Source of the DNA: Lama guanicoe
Taxonomy: Eukaryota
Assembly: GCA_013239625.1 (NCBI GenBank)
Contig: MU054220.1
Location: 4,771,328 to 4,835,327, forward strand
Reading direction: 5' to 3'
DNA: 64,000 nucleotides
The number at the start of each line of letters is the position of its first letter. Position 1 is the first letter of the stretch. A program made the position numbers and the translations under genes. Below are positions 1-11,885 of the stretch, piece by piece. The notes beneath the pieces were generated by a model. That model saw only the letters and a program-made list of their open reading frames with translations. It did not search any database and had not been told where the DNA came from.

Positions 1-2030
1 TGTTAAAAGCTAATGGAGGAGATAAAACAGTGCTAAAGAATACTAAATGATTATAAAAGAAGGAGGAAAAAAGGAACAAAGACTGATGGGACAAATAGAA
101 AACAAGATGTTAGACTTAAGACCAACTATCCTAACAACTATGTTAAATGCAAATTGATTAAACACTTGAATTAATGGCAATTGTTGTCAGACTGCATAAG
201 AAAGCAAGACCTAATTTTATATTAAGGAGTTGTACTTTAAACATCAACAAACAGATGAGTTAAAATTAAAAAATGGGAAAAGATATAATGCATAGACACT
301 AACCATAAGAAATCTGGAATGTGAAATTAATATTAAATTATATTAATATCAGATAATATTAACACAGAAAAAAGAATATTTTATAATGATGAGTGACTTC
401 ATCAAGTAGAAATAACAATCCTAAATGAGTGTGCACCTAATAACAGTGCTTCAAAATACCTAAAGCAAAACAAACAGAACTAAGGGGAGAAACAACCAAA
501 TCCACAATTGCTATTCGATGTTAACTTTCCTGTCTTAGTAACTGATAAAACAGGCAAACAAAAGTATTAGTGAGAATGTAAGATTTGGAACACTATCAAC
601 AACTTAATCTAGTTAACACTTATTGAACACTATAGCCAACAATAGCATAATACACTTTTTTTCCAAGTGCACAGGAAATATTCACTAAGATAAAACATAT
701 ATAGGGCCATAAAATAATTTTCAATAACCTTCAAAGGATCAAAGCCATATATAGTATGTTATCTGACCACAAAATAATTAAATTATAGCTCATCAGCAAA
801 AAGAGATATAAATTATCCTTCAAATTGAATTAAAAATAAATAATAATTTTTAAAATCACATCTGAAAACTTGTGGGATGCAGCTAAAGCAGTGCGTAGAG
901 GGAAATTTAGAGCATTATATAGTTACATTAGAAAAGAGGAAAGATTTAAAATAAACAATGCAAGAAGCCAAAAAAAAAAAAACCCAAAAAACAAAAGAGG
1001 ACATAAAGCCAAAAAAATAATGTAGTAATAAAAAATAAACATAAATCAATAAAACAGAAAAACATAAAATCAACAAAATCAAATATTGGTTCTTTGAGAA
1101 AGATCAATAAAATTAAACTACTCTTAGGCAGACTGATAAAGAGACAGAGAGAAAATACAAATTAACAATATAAAGAATTAAAGACGGACATCACTACAGA
1201 TCTTTCAAACATTAAAAGGATAATAAAAGATTATTGTAAACAGCTTTATGTTAATAAATTTGAGAATTTTGTTGAAATAGAATTTGTGTTCTAGACACCA
1301 ATAAAAGAAGAAATAGAAAATCCAAATAATCTTGTGTCTTCTACCTTCTGCAAAGAAAACTCCAAACAGATAGTTTCACTGGTGAATTCTACCCAATATT
1401 TAAAAGACAAAGAATACCAATTTTTTATAGACTCTTTCAGAAAATAGAGGAAGAGGAAGTAGCTCCCAATTTACTTTGTGGGGCATTACAATGTCCTTGA
1501 TAATAGCCAAGGACGTTATTAAAAAAAAATGATAATCTTCTCTCTCATGAACACAGACAAATATTTAGCAAAATATTTGCAAACCAAATCCAACAATACA
1601 CAAAAATGATAATATGTCATGACCAAGTAGAGTTTATTCCAGGCTTGCAATATTAGTTTAATATTTGAAAATCAATGTAGTTCATCATATTACAAAATAA
1701 GAGAACAGAGACACGATCATTTCAACATTTGTATAAAGAGAACTTAGAATGTTCATTCATGAAAAAAAACCAACAACAGTTTTAGTAAACTAGGAATGAA
1801 GGGAACTTCTTTAACCTGATAAAGAGTATTTATGAATAACCTGCAACTAACTTCCCCCATTCCATTAAGTTCAGGAACAAGGCGAGAATGTCTGCTTTCA
1901 TCGTTTCTCAACATTGTACTGAATGTCCTAGTCAGGGCAACAAAGAAAAACAAAAAAGAGATAAAAATCCATAAAGTTTAGAGGAAAAAAAAAGCGAAAC
2001 TGTTTTTATTCATGGAAAACATTTGTATTA
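1..2030 (+). mobile_element. old LINE-1 (L1M-type) ORF2 5' part, decayed
   Basis: A-rich L1 ORF2 signatures: endonuclease start (tcagactgcataagaaagcaagacc), gcacctaataacag, tggttctttgagaagatcaataaaatt, tagtttcactggtgaattctac, caggaacaaggcgagaatgtctgct. Many stops and frameshifts. Confidence 0.9.
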
Positions 2031-2240
2031 GAAACAAGGATCAGGACCAGTCATATTTTTGACTGTGTCACCAGCCACCAAATCACATAAGCATTTAGAG
2101 GGAAATTCCCCTAATATTCTGGGCCCGACTTTTCAGGATTTAGGCCAAAATAAAGGCAAAAAACGCTGCTGTGGAGGAACTGTCTTCTGCAATGGAAAGA
2201 ACTCGGGGATGCAAGTGCCCTATTCCTGGATTTACCAGTA

Positions 2241-2345
2241 AGAAACTGTGTGACTTTGATCAGTCACTTTACCTCATCTTTGCCACTACATCGTCATCTG
2301 TAAAATGAGGAAGTTAATCATTTCCAACCCTAAGATTCCAGTTTT
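2241..2345 (+). mobile_element. MIR-family SINE fragment
   Basis: tgtgtgactttg...tcactttacctc...catctgtaaaatgagg core. Confidence 0.6.
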
Positions 2346-2499
2346 GGTCCTGAGTAGGCAAACATTTGTTCATTAAACTTCTAGCCCTTGACCAGATTAG
2401 GGTGGTAGGAGCAATGCTTCATCCCAGGCTCCCGAGAGCACCGAGAACCCAGACTCCATGAGCTGCATCACAAAATTTCACCAAAGACACACCTGCTTC

Positions 2500-3335
2500 T
2501 CACCATGTCCCACTGTCATCTCTCACCTGCAATAGCCTTTCAATTGGTCTTCCTGTTTACCTTTTGCCTTTCTTTAACCCATCCTCCACCAGCAACTAAA
2601 GAGATATTTTTAAGAATAAGTCACAGCATATCTTCTTCTGATGAAATTCCTCCAATGGCTTTCTCATTGACCTTGGAATTCAACCCAAATCCCTGATGGG
2701 GGCTAACAAGACCTAAATGGCATGGCTCCTGACTACTTTTCTGACCTCACCTTTTAGCCCTTGTCTCACCTCATTCACGACACTCCAGCTATGGAGGCCT
2801 TACTGTCTCTCAAGTATGCCCATCTGGTCTCTGCCTCGTGGCCTTAATGTTTACTGGGACACTCTCCTCCCAGATCTGGACATGGTTGATTCTCTCTTCA
2901 TTTGGGTCTCAGAGAGGCCTCTCTCTACCACTGTATCTAAAGCAGACACATCCTTCTGCCCTACATTTAAAACTCTCTTTCACTTTAGCCATTTTCATTT
3001 TCTCCATTCCTCAGTGCAATGGGTAAGGAAGCTACTTAGGCATTATCTGCTTCCTTTGCCAGACTTTCTCTCTCTTTTCTCTTCTTTCTTTCTTTCTTTT
3101 CTTTTCTTTTTTTTTTTTTTTGGTGGGGGAGGGAGGTGATTAGGTTTGTTTGTTTGTTTAGAGGAGGTACTGGGGATTGAACCCTCACACATGCTAAGCA
3201 TGCATTCTACCACTAGAGTTACCTCCTTCCCCTAAGACTCTCTCTCTCACTTGTTCACAGCTCTTTCTTTTTGTCTGGAGCAGTATCTGGCGTGTATTAG
3301 ATGCTCAACATACCTTTTTTGAATGAATGAATGAG
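2500..3335 (+). mobile_element. L2 LINE 3' fragments (interrupted by a SINE)
   Basis: L2-like pyrimidine-rich text (ctccaatggctttctcatt, agagaggcctctctctacca) ending in the cagtatctggc...tagatgctcaa...ttgaatgaatgaatga L2 tail. Confidence 0.6.
3075..3232 (-). mobile_element. camelid tRNA-derived SINE (Vic-1-type)
   Basis: Minus strand GGGGAAGGAGGTAACTCTAGTGGTAGAATGCATGCTTAGCATGTG...GGTTCAATCCCCAGTACCTCC has A/B boxes and an A-rich tail. TSD agact(t/c)tctctctc at 3061-3074 and 3235-3248. Confidence 0.85.
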
Positions 3336-4499
3336 CTCCACTCTCTTAGACCATATATGTTGCTTGAGTTGCCACTGACCTAACCTGCCTCTCCGTCAGC
3401 CCAGACCAGACCCCGACTTGTCCACAGATCCCAGTCTACCTCCTAAAGCAAGTAAATGCAAATCTATTATGCACAATAAGTTTATTAAACATCACCTAAC
3501 TAGTTGCTCTGTGGATGCAAAGAGTAAGACAGGATTCCTACTCAGCACGATTCACAATCTAATGATGATGAAGATAGACCAATAATAATAATTAGAATAT
3601 TGCAGTAGCCTAGTAATTATTAGAATTATAGTGATGTGAATCCCTAAAATTTCCAGTTTTTGAAGTACTTTCCTATGAAATATATCATTCAGTCCCAAGA
3701 GAGTAGCCATCTTTTTCTGTCATTATTTTCAACCAGAAAGGAGTCAGACAAAGGAAGGGAGCAGTATCCTGACATAGTGGAATTCTTTGGGAGACCTATG
3801 CTCACCACTTTAAAATATAATAATAATGATAGTAATAATAATTGATATTTACTAAGAACCTACTATGAGTCCAAGCAGGACTAAGTTATGCCATGCAATT
3901 AACTGAGTCAGTATATATTAGGTGACTTTCCCAAAGTCACCTAGCTTCTTTAAAACCTCAGTTTCCTGTCCCTAAAATGCTGAAAATTTACTACATGGTT
4001 GTCAGAATTTGAAATAATATACAATGGGTAGTTGGCATATGAAAGGAAGGAACTGAAGATATCAGCTATTATTTTTCATAATTACCTCAAATCAAATATT
4101 TTAGGGGAGTCTGTTGGCAGCAAAAGTTGGTGGTGACCATAGCCCAGCTGTCACTTGCTCCTGACCGGAGCTATTTTGATCAGTGGGGTATCTGTATCCT
4201 TCCTAGAAAAGAATCAGTGAGCCTCCACACTCAATATGGGACTCTGCAGTTCTGAAGCATTAAAACAAAACAAGATAAACCACTAACAACTCAAATGTGC
4301 AGTTTATACAGTAAATTCTTAATTTTTTATTCACTTATTAAACAAATGTTGCTGAGTTGCCACAACACTGCCCTAAGCAAGAACTCAACCAGCAAGCTGG
4401 AGTTGGGGGAAGGGAAGGCTTCATAAAAGAAGTGTCACTTGGGCTGGATCTGGAGCTATGGGTAACATTTGCTTGGGGGGAATGAAATTTCAGTTATGG

Positions 4500-5756
4500 T
4501 GGTCAACTAATCTTTGACAAAGGAGGCAAGAATATACAATGGAATAAAGACAGCTCTTCAGCAAATGGTGTTGGGAAAACTGGACAGCAGCATGTAAATC
4601 AATGAAGCTAGAACACTCCCTTACACCATACACAAAAATCAACTCAAAATGGATTAAAGACTTAAACATAAGACAAGATACAATAAACCTCCTAGAGGAA
4701 AACATAGGCAAAACATTATCTGACATACATTTCAAAAATTTTCTCCTAGAAGAAATAAAAGCAAGAATAAACAAATGGGACCTAATGAAACTTACAAGCT
4801 TCTGCACAGCAAAGGAAACCACAAGTAAAACAAAATGACAACCTACGGAATGGGAGAATATTTTTGCAAATGATGAAACTAACAAAGGCTTGATCTCCAG
4901 AATATATAAGCAGCTCATACGACTTAATAAGAAAAAAACAAACAACCCAATCCAAAAATGGGCAGAAGACCTAAACAAGCAATTCTCCAAGGAAGAAATN
5001 NNNNNNNNNNNNNNNNNNNNNNNNNNNNNNNNNNNNNNNNNNNNNNNNNNNNNNNNNNNNNNNNNNNNNNNNNNNNNNNNNNNNNNNNNNNNNNNNNNNN
5101 NNNNNNNNNNNNNNNNNNNNNNNNNNNNNNNNNNNNNNNNNNNNNNNNNNNNNNNNNNNNNNNNNNNNNNNNNNNNNNNNNNNNNNNNNNNNNNNNNNNN
5201 NNNNNNNNNNNNNNNNNNNNNNNNNNNNNNNNNNNNNNNNNNNNNNNNNNNNNNNNNNNNNNNNNNNNNNNNNNNNNNNNNNNNNNNNNNNNNNNNNNNN
5301 NNNNNNNNNNNNNNNNNNNNNNNNNNNNNNNNNNNNNNNNNNNNNNNNNNNNNNNNNNNNNNNNNNNNNNNNNNNNNNNNNNNNNNNNNNNNNNNNNNNN
5401 NNNNCACAAATGGAGAAACCAAAAAAAAAAAAAAAAAGAAAGAAAGAACATAAATACAAAACAGAAACAGACTCATAGACACAGAATACAAAATTGTGGT
5501 TGCCAGGGGGTAGGGGGGTGGGAAGGGACAGACTGGGGAGTGCAAAATTTGTAGATACTGACAGGCATATGTAGAATAGATAAACAGGATTATACTGTAT
5601 AGCATAGGGAAATACATACAAGATCTTGTGGTAGCTCACAGCAGAAAAAAATTTGACAATGAATATATGTATGTTTATGCATAACTGAAAAATTGTGCTA
5701 TACACTGGAATTTGACACATTGTAAAATGACTATAACTCAATAAAAAATGTTTAAA
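4500..5756 (+). mobile_element. young 5'-truncated LINE-1 (ORF2 C-terminus + 3'UTR), spanning an N gap
   Basis: Translates to L1 ORF2 ([37 protein letters not shown]). polyA signal aataaa near 5740. Perfect 15-bp TSD aaatttcagttatgg at 4485-4499 and 5757-5771. Confidence 0.95.
5000..5404. other. assembly gap (405 N)
   Basis: Run of N inside the young L1. Confidence 1.
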
Positions 5757-6469
5757 AAATTTCAGTTATGGGATGAGTGATTCAAAAGCACAGGATAACA
5801 GAAAATATTTGGGATCACAGCTACATATTTTTAAAGTAGGATTACCTTTGTGGCACAGTTTTCTTTGTTGTTGTTGCTCTTTAAAAAAAAGATATTAACA
5901 TATGTTCCCTGAGCAATTCAATTAAAGATATCAAAGGTTTTTGCTGGAGTTATTTTATGTGTCAGGAAGAAGACAGGCTGGATCCGTGGTCGGATATACT
6001 ACAGATCAAATAGGCAGTCTGCATGCAGATAAGAGAAAATCAAATATATTGGGTCTGAGGAAGGACCAAATTTAAAACTCTTGGAACACTGGACTTTCCT
6101 AATGAATTTCCAAGAAAATGTGCTCATTGTCTGCCAAGTGGCAATCTCTGAAGTGCTAAAAGTATACCCACAGGAGGAAAAACACCATGTCTACCTAGAA
6201 GACCTTATATATTCTCCAGGTATCATTTTATCCATGAGAGACTGAAGAGCAGGTGCCACATCAGTGTATTCATGCAGGTCCATGCACACATTCCACTGAT
6301 GGATGTAGCAATAAGGGAAAAATACTGTTTTCTGGTGGCATTAATTTAAAGATGCCCAAGAACAAAATTTTCCAACCATCTCCCCTGCTGCCCATGGTCC
6401 CCCCACAAAGCATCTTGTAACATCTTCTTTCCTGAAGAGGAACTCTTATGTAATGAGCCTTTACCATAT

Positions 6470-6600
6470 CCTGGTACTATATATAACCATGACGAGGTAG
6501 GCAATATTATCCCCACTGTATATAGGAGGAAACTGAGATTCAGGCAACTCAGCTAGTAAGTGTCAGAGCCAGAATTTCAACCCACATCTTCTGTCTTCAC
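6470..6600 (-). mobile_element. MIR fragment
   Basis: gaggtaggcaatattatccccactgtat...gaggaaactgagattcag...cagctagtaagtgtcagagccagaatttcaaccc. Confidence 0.7.
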
Positions 6601-8355
6601 TGGGCTTCCTTGCAAGTTCCTTGTACCATCTAAGTACTTCCTAAGACTCCTACTGTGCTAGTTGCCTGAAACCAGGAATTGACTAGAAGACTGATACCTT
6701 ATAGTCTGTTTGGACCCCTGTCTCCTCACCACCCTGCCTTTAATAACATTAGCCATTAATCACCAATCACCACTTACATGCTAAACATTATGTCGGATGC
6801 TGGGAATATGAAAATGTAAAATGTATAAGATTTCCCTGGTTTCAAAGAGCTCAGCATGTAGTAAGGAACTCAATCTTATGCCAGGTCCCTGTGACACCAA
6901 ATATATATTTTAAACCCTTTGTATCTGAATCAACCTAGCCAAACAATAACGGAGGAATCCAAGTGGCTAAAAGAGAAAAAATACATTGAGAAAGGAATCC
7001 TTTAGGGAAAACAGGTAGAAAAACTGTATTCCAAATTTTTCTTTCTAGTAACAATTAGGAGAAAATCACCCTCATTTTATCTCTTGCTACCAGCCTTGCT
7101 GAAAGGAATAGATGAAACGTAAACTGTGCAACCATAGGCAATGAATTGAACGTTTCCAGATCCTGTTTTCTTTACGGGACTAATAACTCCTGTTCTGGAT
7201 CTATATCAGAGTCGCTAATAAGGATCATGTCAAAATCTTGCTCATGGAAGCCATGTGGTATAACCCCTTCATTTCACAAATGGGGAAATAGGTCCAGAGA
7301 GAGAAAGTGACTTGCTTAAACTGTCAGGACTGTTTAGAGGCAGATCTGGGATTAGAACCCATGACTCCTTGTATTCGTCTTTGATCAGGAATGCAAGTTC
7401 TGCATGAGATTAAATATTTACTAAATTATATCCACCATAGCTTACATGCGTAAAGGTTTTTATTGTTTTAAAAGGAGAATGCACATACGTTATCTCTGAG
7501 ATTTTAAACATCAAAAGTTCCCTATGAGGTAGTGAGGGGAGATAATCTTATTCCCATGTTACTGATGAGAAAAGTGAGACTTGGAAGAAACTTAATATTT
7601 CTCCAATATCAGACAGTGTGCAGTGGCGACAGATCATCTATCCATTCCACTACTCCTATAACTCCTACACACTGCGTTTGGGGCAGAGAGAGAAAGGGAA
7701 CAATATACACCAAAAAACTGCTCTTTGAGGCCTTAGAAAACTAACAGGACCTTAAGTATCTGGCTTCATTTGGAAATGAGATATTCCTCTATCTTCTATC
7801 CAGTTAATTTGCCCAGTTAACTGAAAATCACACCCATTTACACAGTTCCCTTTGCCCCTCTTGCTTTAATTCTCATTTTAACTGCTTTTAATATAAGGCC
7901 TTCCAAAGTGCTTTGCTGTTTGGAACAACTTTTCTGAAAAGCAATTTGGCAATAATTTGGTCTAAGAAATAATTAGGAATGTTCACAAAAATTAAGCTAC
8001 AAATACTTTCATTGCTGAATTACCTACAATAGCTCCCTCCCAAATTTTTTTTAGGTTGAAAAATTTTCAACAATAAGGGATTGGTTAAATATATCATGAT
8101 ACATGTGTGTGTTGGCGTTATCTACTCAGCCATTTAAAATTATATGGTAGTGAATAGATACTGTATTAAATCCTCTTCTCTATATGTTAAGTGAAAAATC
8201 CATATATAAGCTTATTATTGTAAAACAAAACTATACACAAATGCATACACTAAGATGCTATCCCTGAGTATTAGGGTTATGGTATTTTTTCTTCTTTTTG
8301 ATTAAGTACACTTTCTAATTTTTTCCCAAAGAAAACACATTGCTCTTTAAGAAAA

Positions 8356-8362
<7 letters not shown>

Positions 8363-8401
<39 letters not shown>

Positions 8402-8582
8402 TTAACATTTTTTATTGAGTTATAGTCATTTTACAATGTTGTGTCAAATTCCAGTGTAGAGCACAATTTCTCAGTTATACATGAACATACCTATATTCAT
8501 TGTCCCATTCTTTTCCACCGTGAGCTACCACAAGATCTTGTATATATTTCTCTGTACTATACAGTATAATCTTGTTTATCTA
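8363..8582 (-). mobile_element. young L1 3' end with (TAA)n tail
   Basis: Reverse complement of the same 3'UTR seen at 5570-5750. TSD tttaagaaaatattatt at 8346-8362 and 8583-8599. Confidence 0.9.
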
Positions 8583-8619
8583 TTTAAGAAAATATTATTT
8601 TTACTTTTCAAAAATGCAT

Positions 8620-9790
8620 ATATCATTCAACTCAATAGTAAAGCAACCCAAACAATCTGATTAAAAAGTGGGCAGAGGATCTGAACAGATATTTTCCAAA
8701 GGAGAGATACAGATGGCCAACAGGTACAGGAAAAAGTGCTCAACATCACTAATCAGGGAAACGCAAATGAAAACCACAATGAGATAGTACCTCATATCTG
8801 TTAGAATGGCTATTATTAAAAATGCAAGAAATAATAAATGTTGGCAAGCATGTGGAGAAAAGGAAATGCTTGTGCACCATTGGTAGAATGTAAGTTGGTG
8901 CAGCCACTATGGAAAACAGTATGGTGGTTCCTCAGAAAAATTAAAAATAGGACCACCATATGATCCAGCAGTTCTGTTTCTGGGCACTTATCTGAAGAGA
9001 ATGAAAAACACTAACTTAAAAGGATATATATACCCCCGACATTCACTGCAGCATTATTTACAATAGTCAAGATATGGAAGCAACCTAAGTATCCATCTTT
9101 GAACGGTTGAATAAAGAAAAACATATACGTGATTCAATCATAAAAGAGGGAAATCTCGCCAACTGGGACAACATGGATGGACCTAGGGGGTATCAGGCTC
9201 AGTGAAACAAGTCAGACAGAGAAAGTCAAATACCATGTTGTCTCACTTATATGTGGAATCCAAACAACAACAACCAGCTCAGATACAGGGATAGGAGGTG
9301 GGAGATTAAGCAAAATGGGCGAGGGTGGTTAAAAGGTACAAACTGCCAGTTACAAGATACAGTTGGCCCTTAAACAACACAGGTTTGAACTGCACTGGGT
9401 CCACTTATACGTGGATTTTTTTCAATGGTAAATAGTACAGCACTACACAATCTGCAGTTGGTTGAATCCGTGGATATCAACTGCATGGAGGGTCGGCATT
9501 CCTAACCCCTACATTGTTCAAAGGTCATCTATAAATAGATCCTAGGGATGTAATGTACAGCATGGTGACTATACTCGATAATACTGTAGATTTGAAAGTT
9601 GCTGAGAAAATAGATCTTAAAAGTTGTTATCACAAAAAAAAAAGAAATTCCTAAGTATGTGGTGATGAATGTTAACTATTGACTAGACTTATTGTGGTGA
9701 TCATTTCACAATACAAACATTTATCGAATCATGTTGTACACCTGAAACTAATATAATGTTGTATGTCAATTATATCTCAATTTTAAAAGG
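8620..9790 (+). mobile_element. older L1 (L1MA/L1MB-type) ORF2 end + 3'UTR
   Basis: aaaagtgggcagaggatctgaacaga, cagccactatggaaaacagtatgg, tcacttatatgtggaatc, gtacacctgaaactaatataatgttgtatgtcaattatatctcaa. Confidence 0.9.
9360..9531 (+). mobile_element. Tigger2-derived MITE nested in L1
   Basis: Starts cagttggcccttaaacaacacaggtttgaactgc and ends ttgttcaaaggtcatcta (degenerate TIRs). Flanked by TA. The L1 text resumes on the other side. Confidence 0.8.
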
Positions 9791-10839
9791 ACATGTTGAC
9801 AAGCTTAAAAATATATATACATCCCTTTCATCTTCAGAGGAATGTCACTTCATCTTCCTGATGGCTCAGTCATCAGCGTGAACCTATTACTGCCCAGACA
9901 GGAGCTATGCACTCAGGATGTGCTGAAATGTGTAGGGCTTGTTTCCACTACATTAAACAGTCTTGGACCAGTGTGCTCTTTAAGTTCTCATGACTGCATT
10001 TTATAGTCTTTCTATTGGTTATCTCAAAATCAGCTTTTCCATCCTGTCACCATCAATTATTATCTCAAAGTCAGCTCTTCCATCCTCTCACCACCAATGC
10101 CACCCTCCCCCCAACTTCTAGCCCACAGCTTCTAATCTGAAGTATGCTGGGAAATTAGATCATCAAAAATTGAGAATAATTTATAAAAGAAATGCATGTG
10201 AAAGTCATCAAGAAAGACTGTAGTACTATGCAAATGTACAAGCTCCAATTATTTTATGCTTTTATGTTATTTTATAGATGGATTTACATTTATATTATTG
10301 CACCTCAGTTTGCCATCTGGGAAGTGGGTATATTAATGCACCCACCTCATACACTTGTTGTGACAATCAAAAGTGTTATTATTTGTAAGGCACTTAGACC
10401 AGTGTCTGGTGCATATTAAATAATGAGTAAAGGTTTGTTAAAGAAAAATAAATAAATTATTAGAGTTAAATAAAAACACATAGTCTCTGAATCAGAGCTT
10501 GAAGGGCTCTGAGGTGAATAAAGTGTCTGAGCTTTATGGAATGAACTCTGACATCTATCTTCTCTTCATGGAAACTTTTCTGGGTTACTTGGTGGTTCCC
10601 AGGCCTATTATACCAGGCGATGCTATACAACACAGCTGAGTGTGAGCATGTATGCGTGCGCGCACGCCCACACACACACACACACAGTGCATACATGCCA
10701 GTACACCCATCATCCTCCCTCTTCTCTCTCTTCTATTATTCTCTGAACTCTTATAGTCAAAAAATCACAAAAGGGAGCAGTATGATTTAAGATATGATAT
10801 CCCCAGAATGAAGCAAAATGTCTCAACACAGTAATAACT

Positions 10840-11040
10840 AAGATAATACATACTACACATGGAACATACACACTCCCATCTGAGTGAAGCACTTTATGTA
10901 TATTAATTCATTTAATTTTCACAACAATCATCCGAAGTAGGGACTACTGATATTCTCTTTCTACAAATACAGAAAATAGATTTGGAGAAGTTAAACAATT
11001 GCCCAAGGTCACGCAGCACTATTCACACTGACTCCCAAGG
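10840..11040 (-). mobile_element. MIR fragment
   Basis: aagcactttatgtatattaattcatttaattttcacaacaa...agaagttaaacaattgcccaaggtcacgcagc. Confidence 0.7.
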
Positions 11041-11689
11041 CAATGCTTAGAAGGCATGTGTTTTCAAGTCATTCTGTTGTTATGTGAGGGCATATAATTC
11101 CCAGAAGGGAGTAACCCCTAGAAGAATGAGCATTAATTGTGTGGCCTCAAATTAGAAGTCTCTGGCCATCCCAGTTTTACTTCCTCTCTCTTTTGCATAG
11201 ACCCCTGGCTATCCTAATTTGGTTCAGGAATCACTGGGGATACGAGAAGCTTCTCCAGGGAACCTTGCCTGGTGCTGTGCACATGGAGGCTGAAGTCCTG
11301 TGTTGGAGTCCTGCCTTCTCACCTTTTGTTTCCAGGATGATTTAAACTCTGCAAGCATCAGGTTCTCTACATTCAAGCTGGAGACAGTGACAGCCTGAGT
11401 TTGTCTTGAGAGCCAAATGTACTACTGTTTGAGAAAGTGTCTTGTAAACCTTCATGAACCACAGGCAGGAGGTAGAATTATTGTTTATTGAAAAAAATGT
11501 CCTCCTGATGGACCCCAGGTGTGATTGTATGGTGATGACTGACTCTACTTTCACAAACAACAGCCTTAGCCAGCCAGGCATGGCACTCAGAGAACAGTCA
11601 GATTCCATCAGAGTGCAGATATATTGTCCTCCAACTCTTCAAAGCACCTAGTCTGCAGAAATGTGCTTGAATTGTAGCTATAATACATA

Positions 11690-11885
11690 CAGGCAGACAT
11701 CAGGAAGAACTTCACTATTTTAAGTTAATTAAATAGAGACTCTGAGAACTCCCTTCATGGGATATTTAAAAATAAAATAGGTCCTTCTACTTTGACTGTT
11801 TTGAGAATTGACCCAACCAGAGGTAGAGGCTTGGGTTAAATGACCTCCTCAGGTCTTTTCTACTTCTGCAGTGCTCTGATATTCT
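11690..11885 (+). mobile_element. CR1/L3 LINE 3' end fragment
   Basis: catcaggaagaacttc...ttgggttaaatgacctcctcaggtcttttctac...tgctctgatattct resembles a CR1/L3 terminus. Confidence 0.45.

Noticed and set aside
3122..3232. tRNA-like A/B boxes
   Set aside because: Head of a tRNA-derived SINE with tail and TSD, not a tRNA gene.
4490..5741. Long ORFs (175-375 aa) in the ORF track
   Set aside because: They read through the 405-N gap inside an L1 and are artefacts. The real coding remnant is L1 ORF2.
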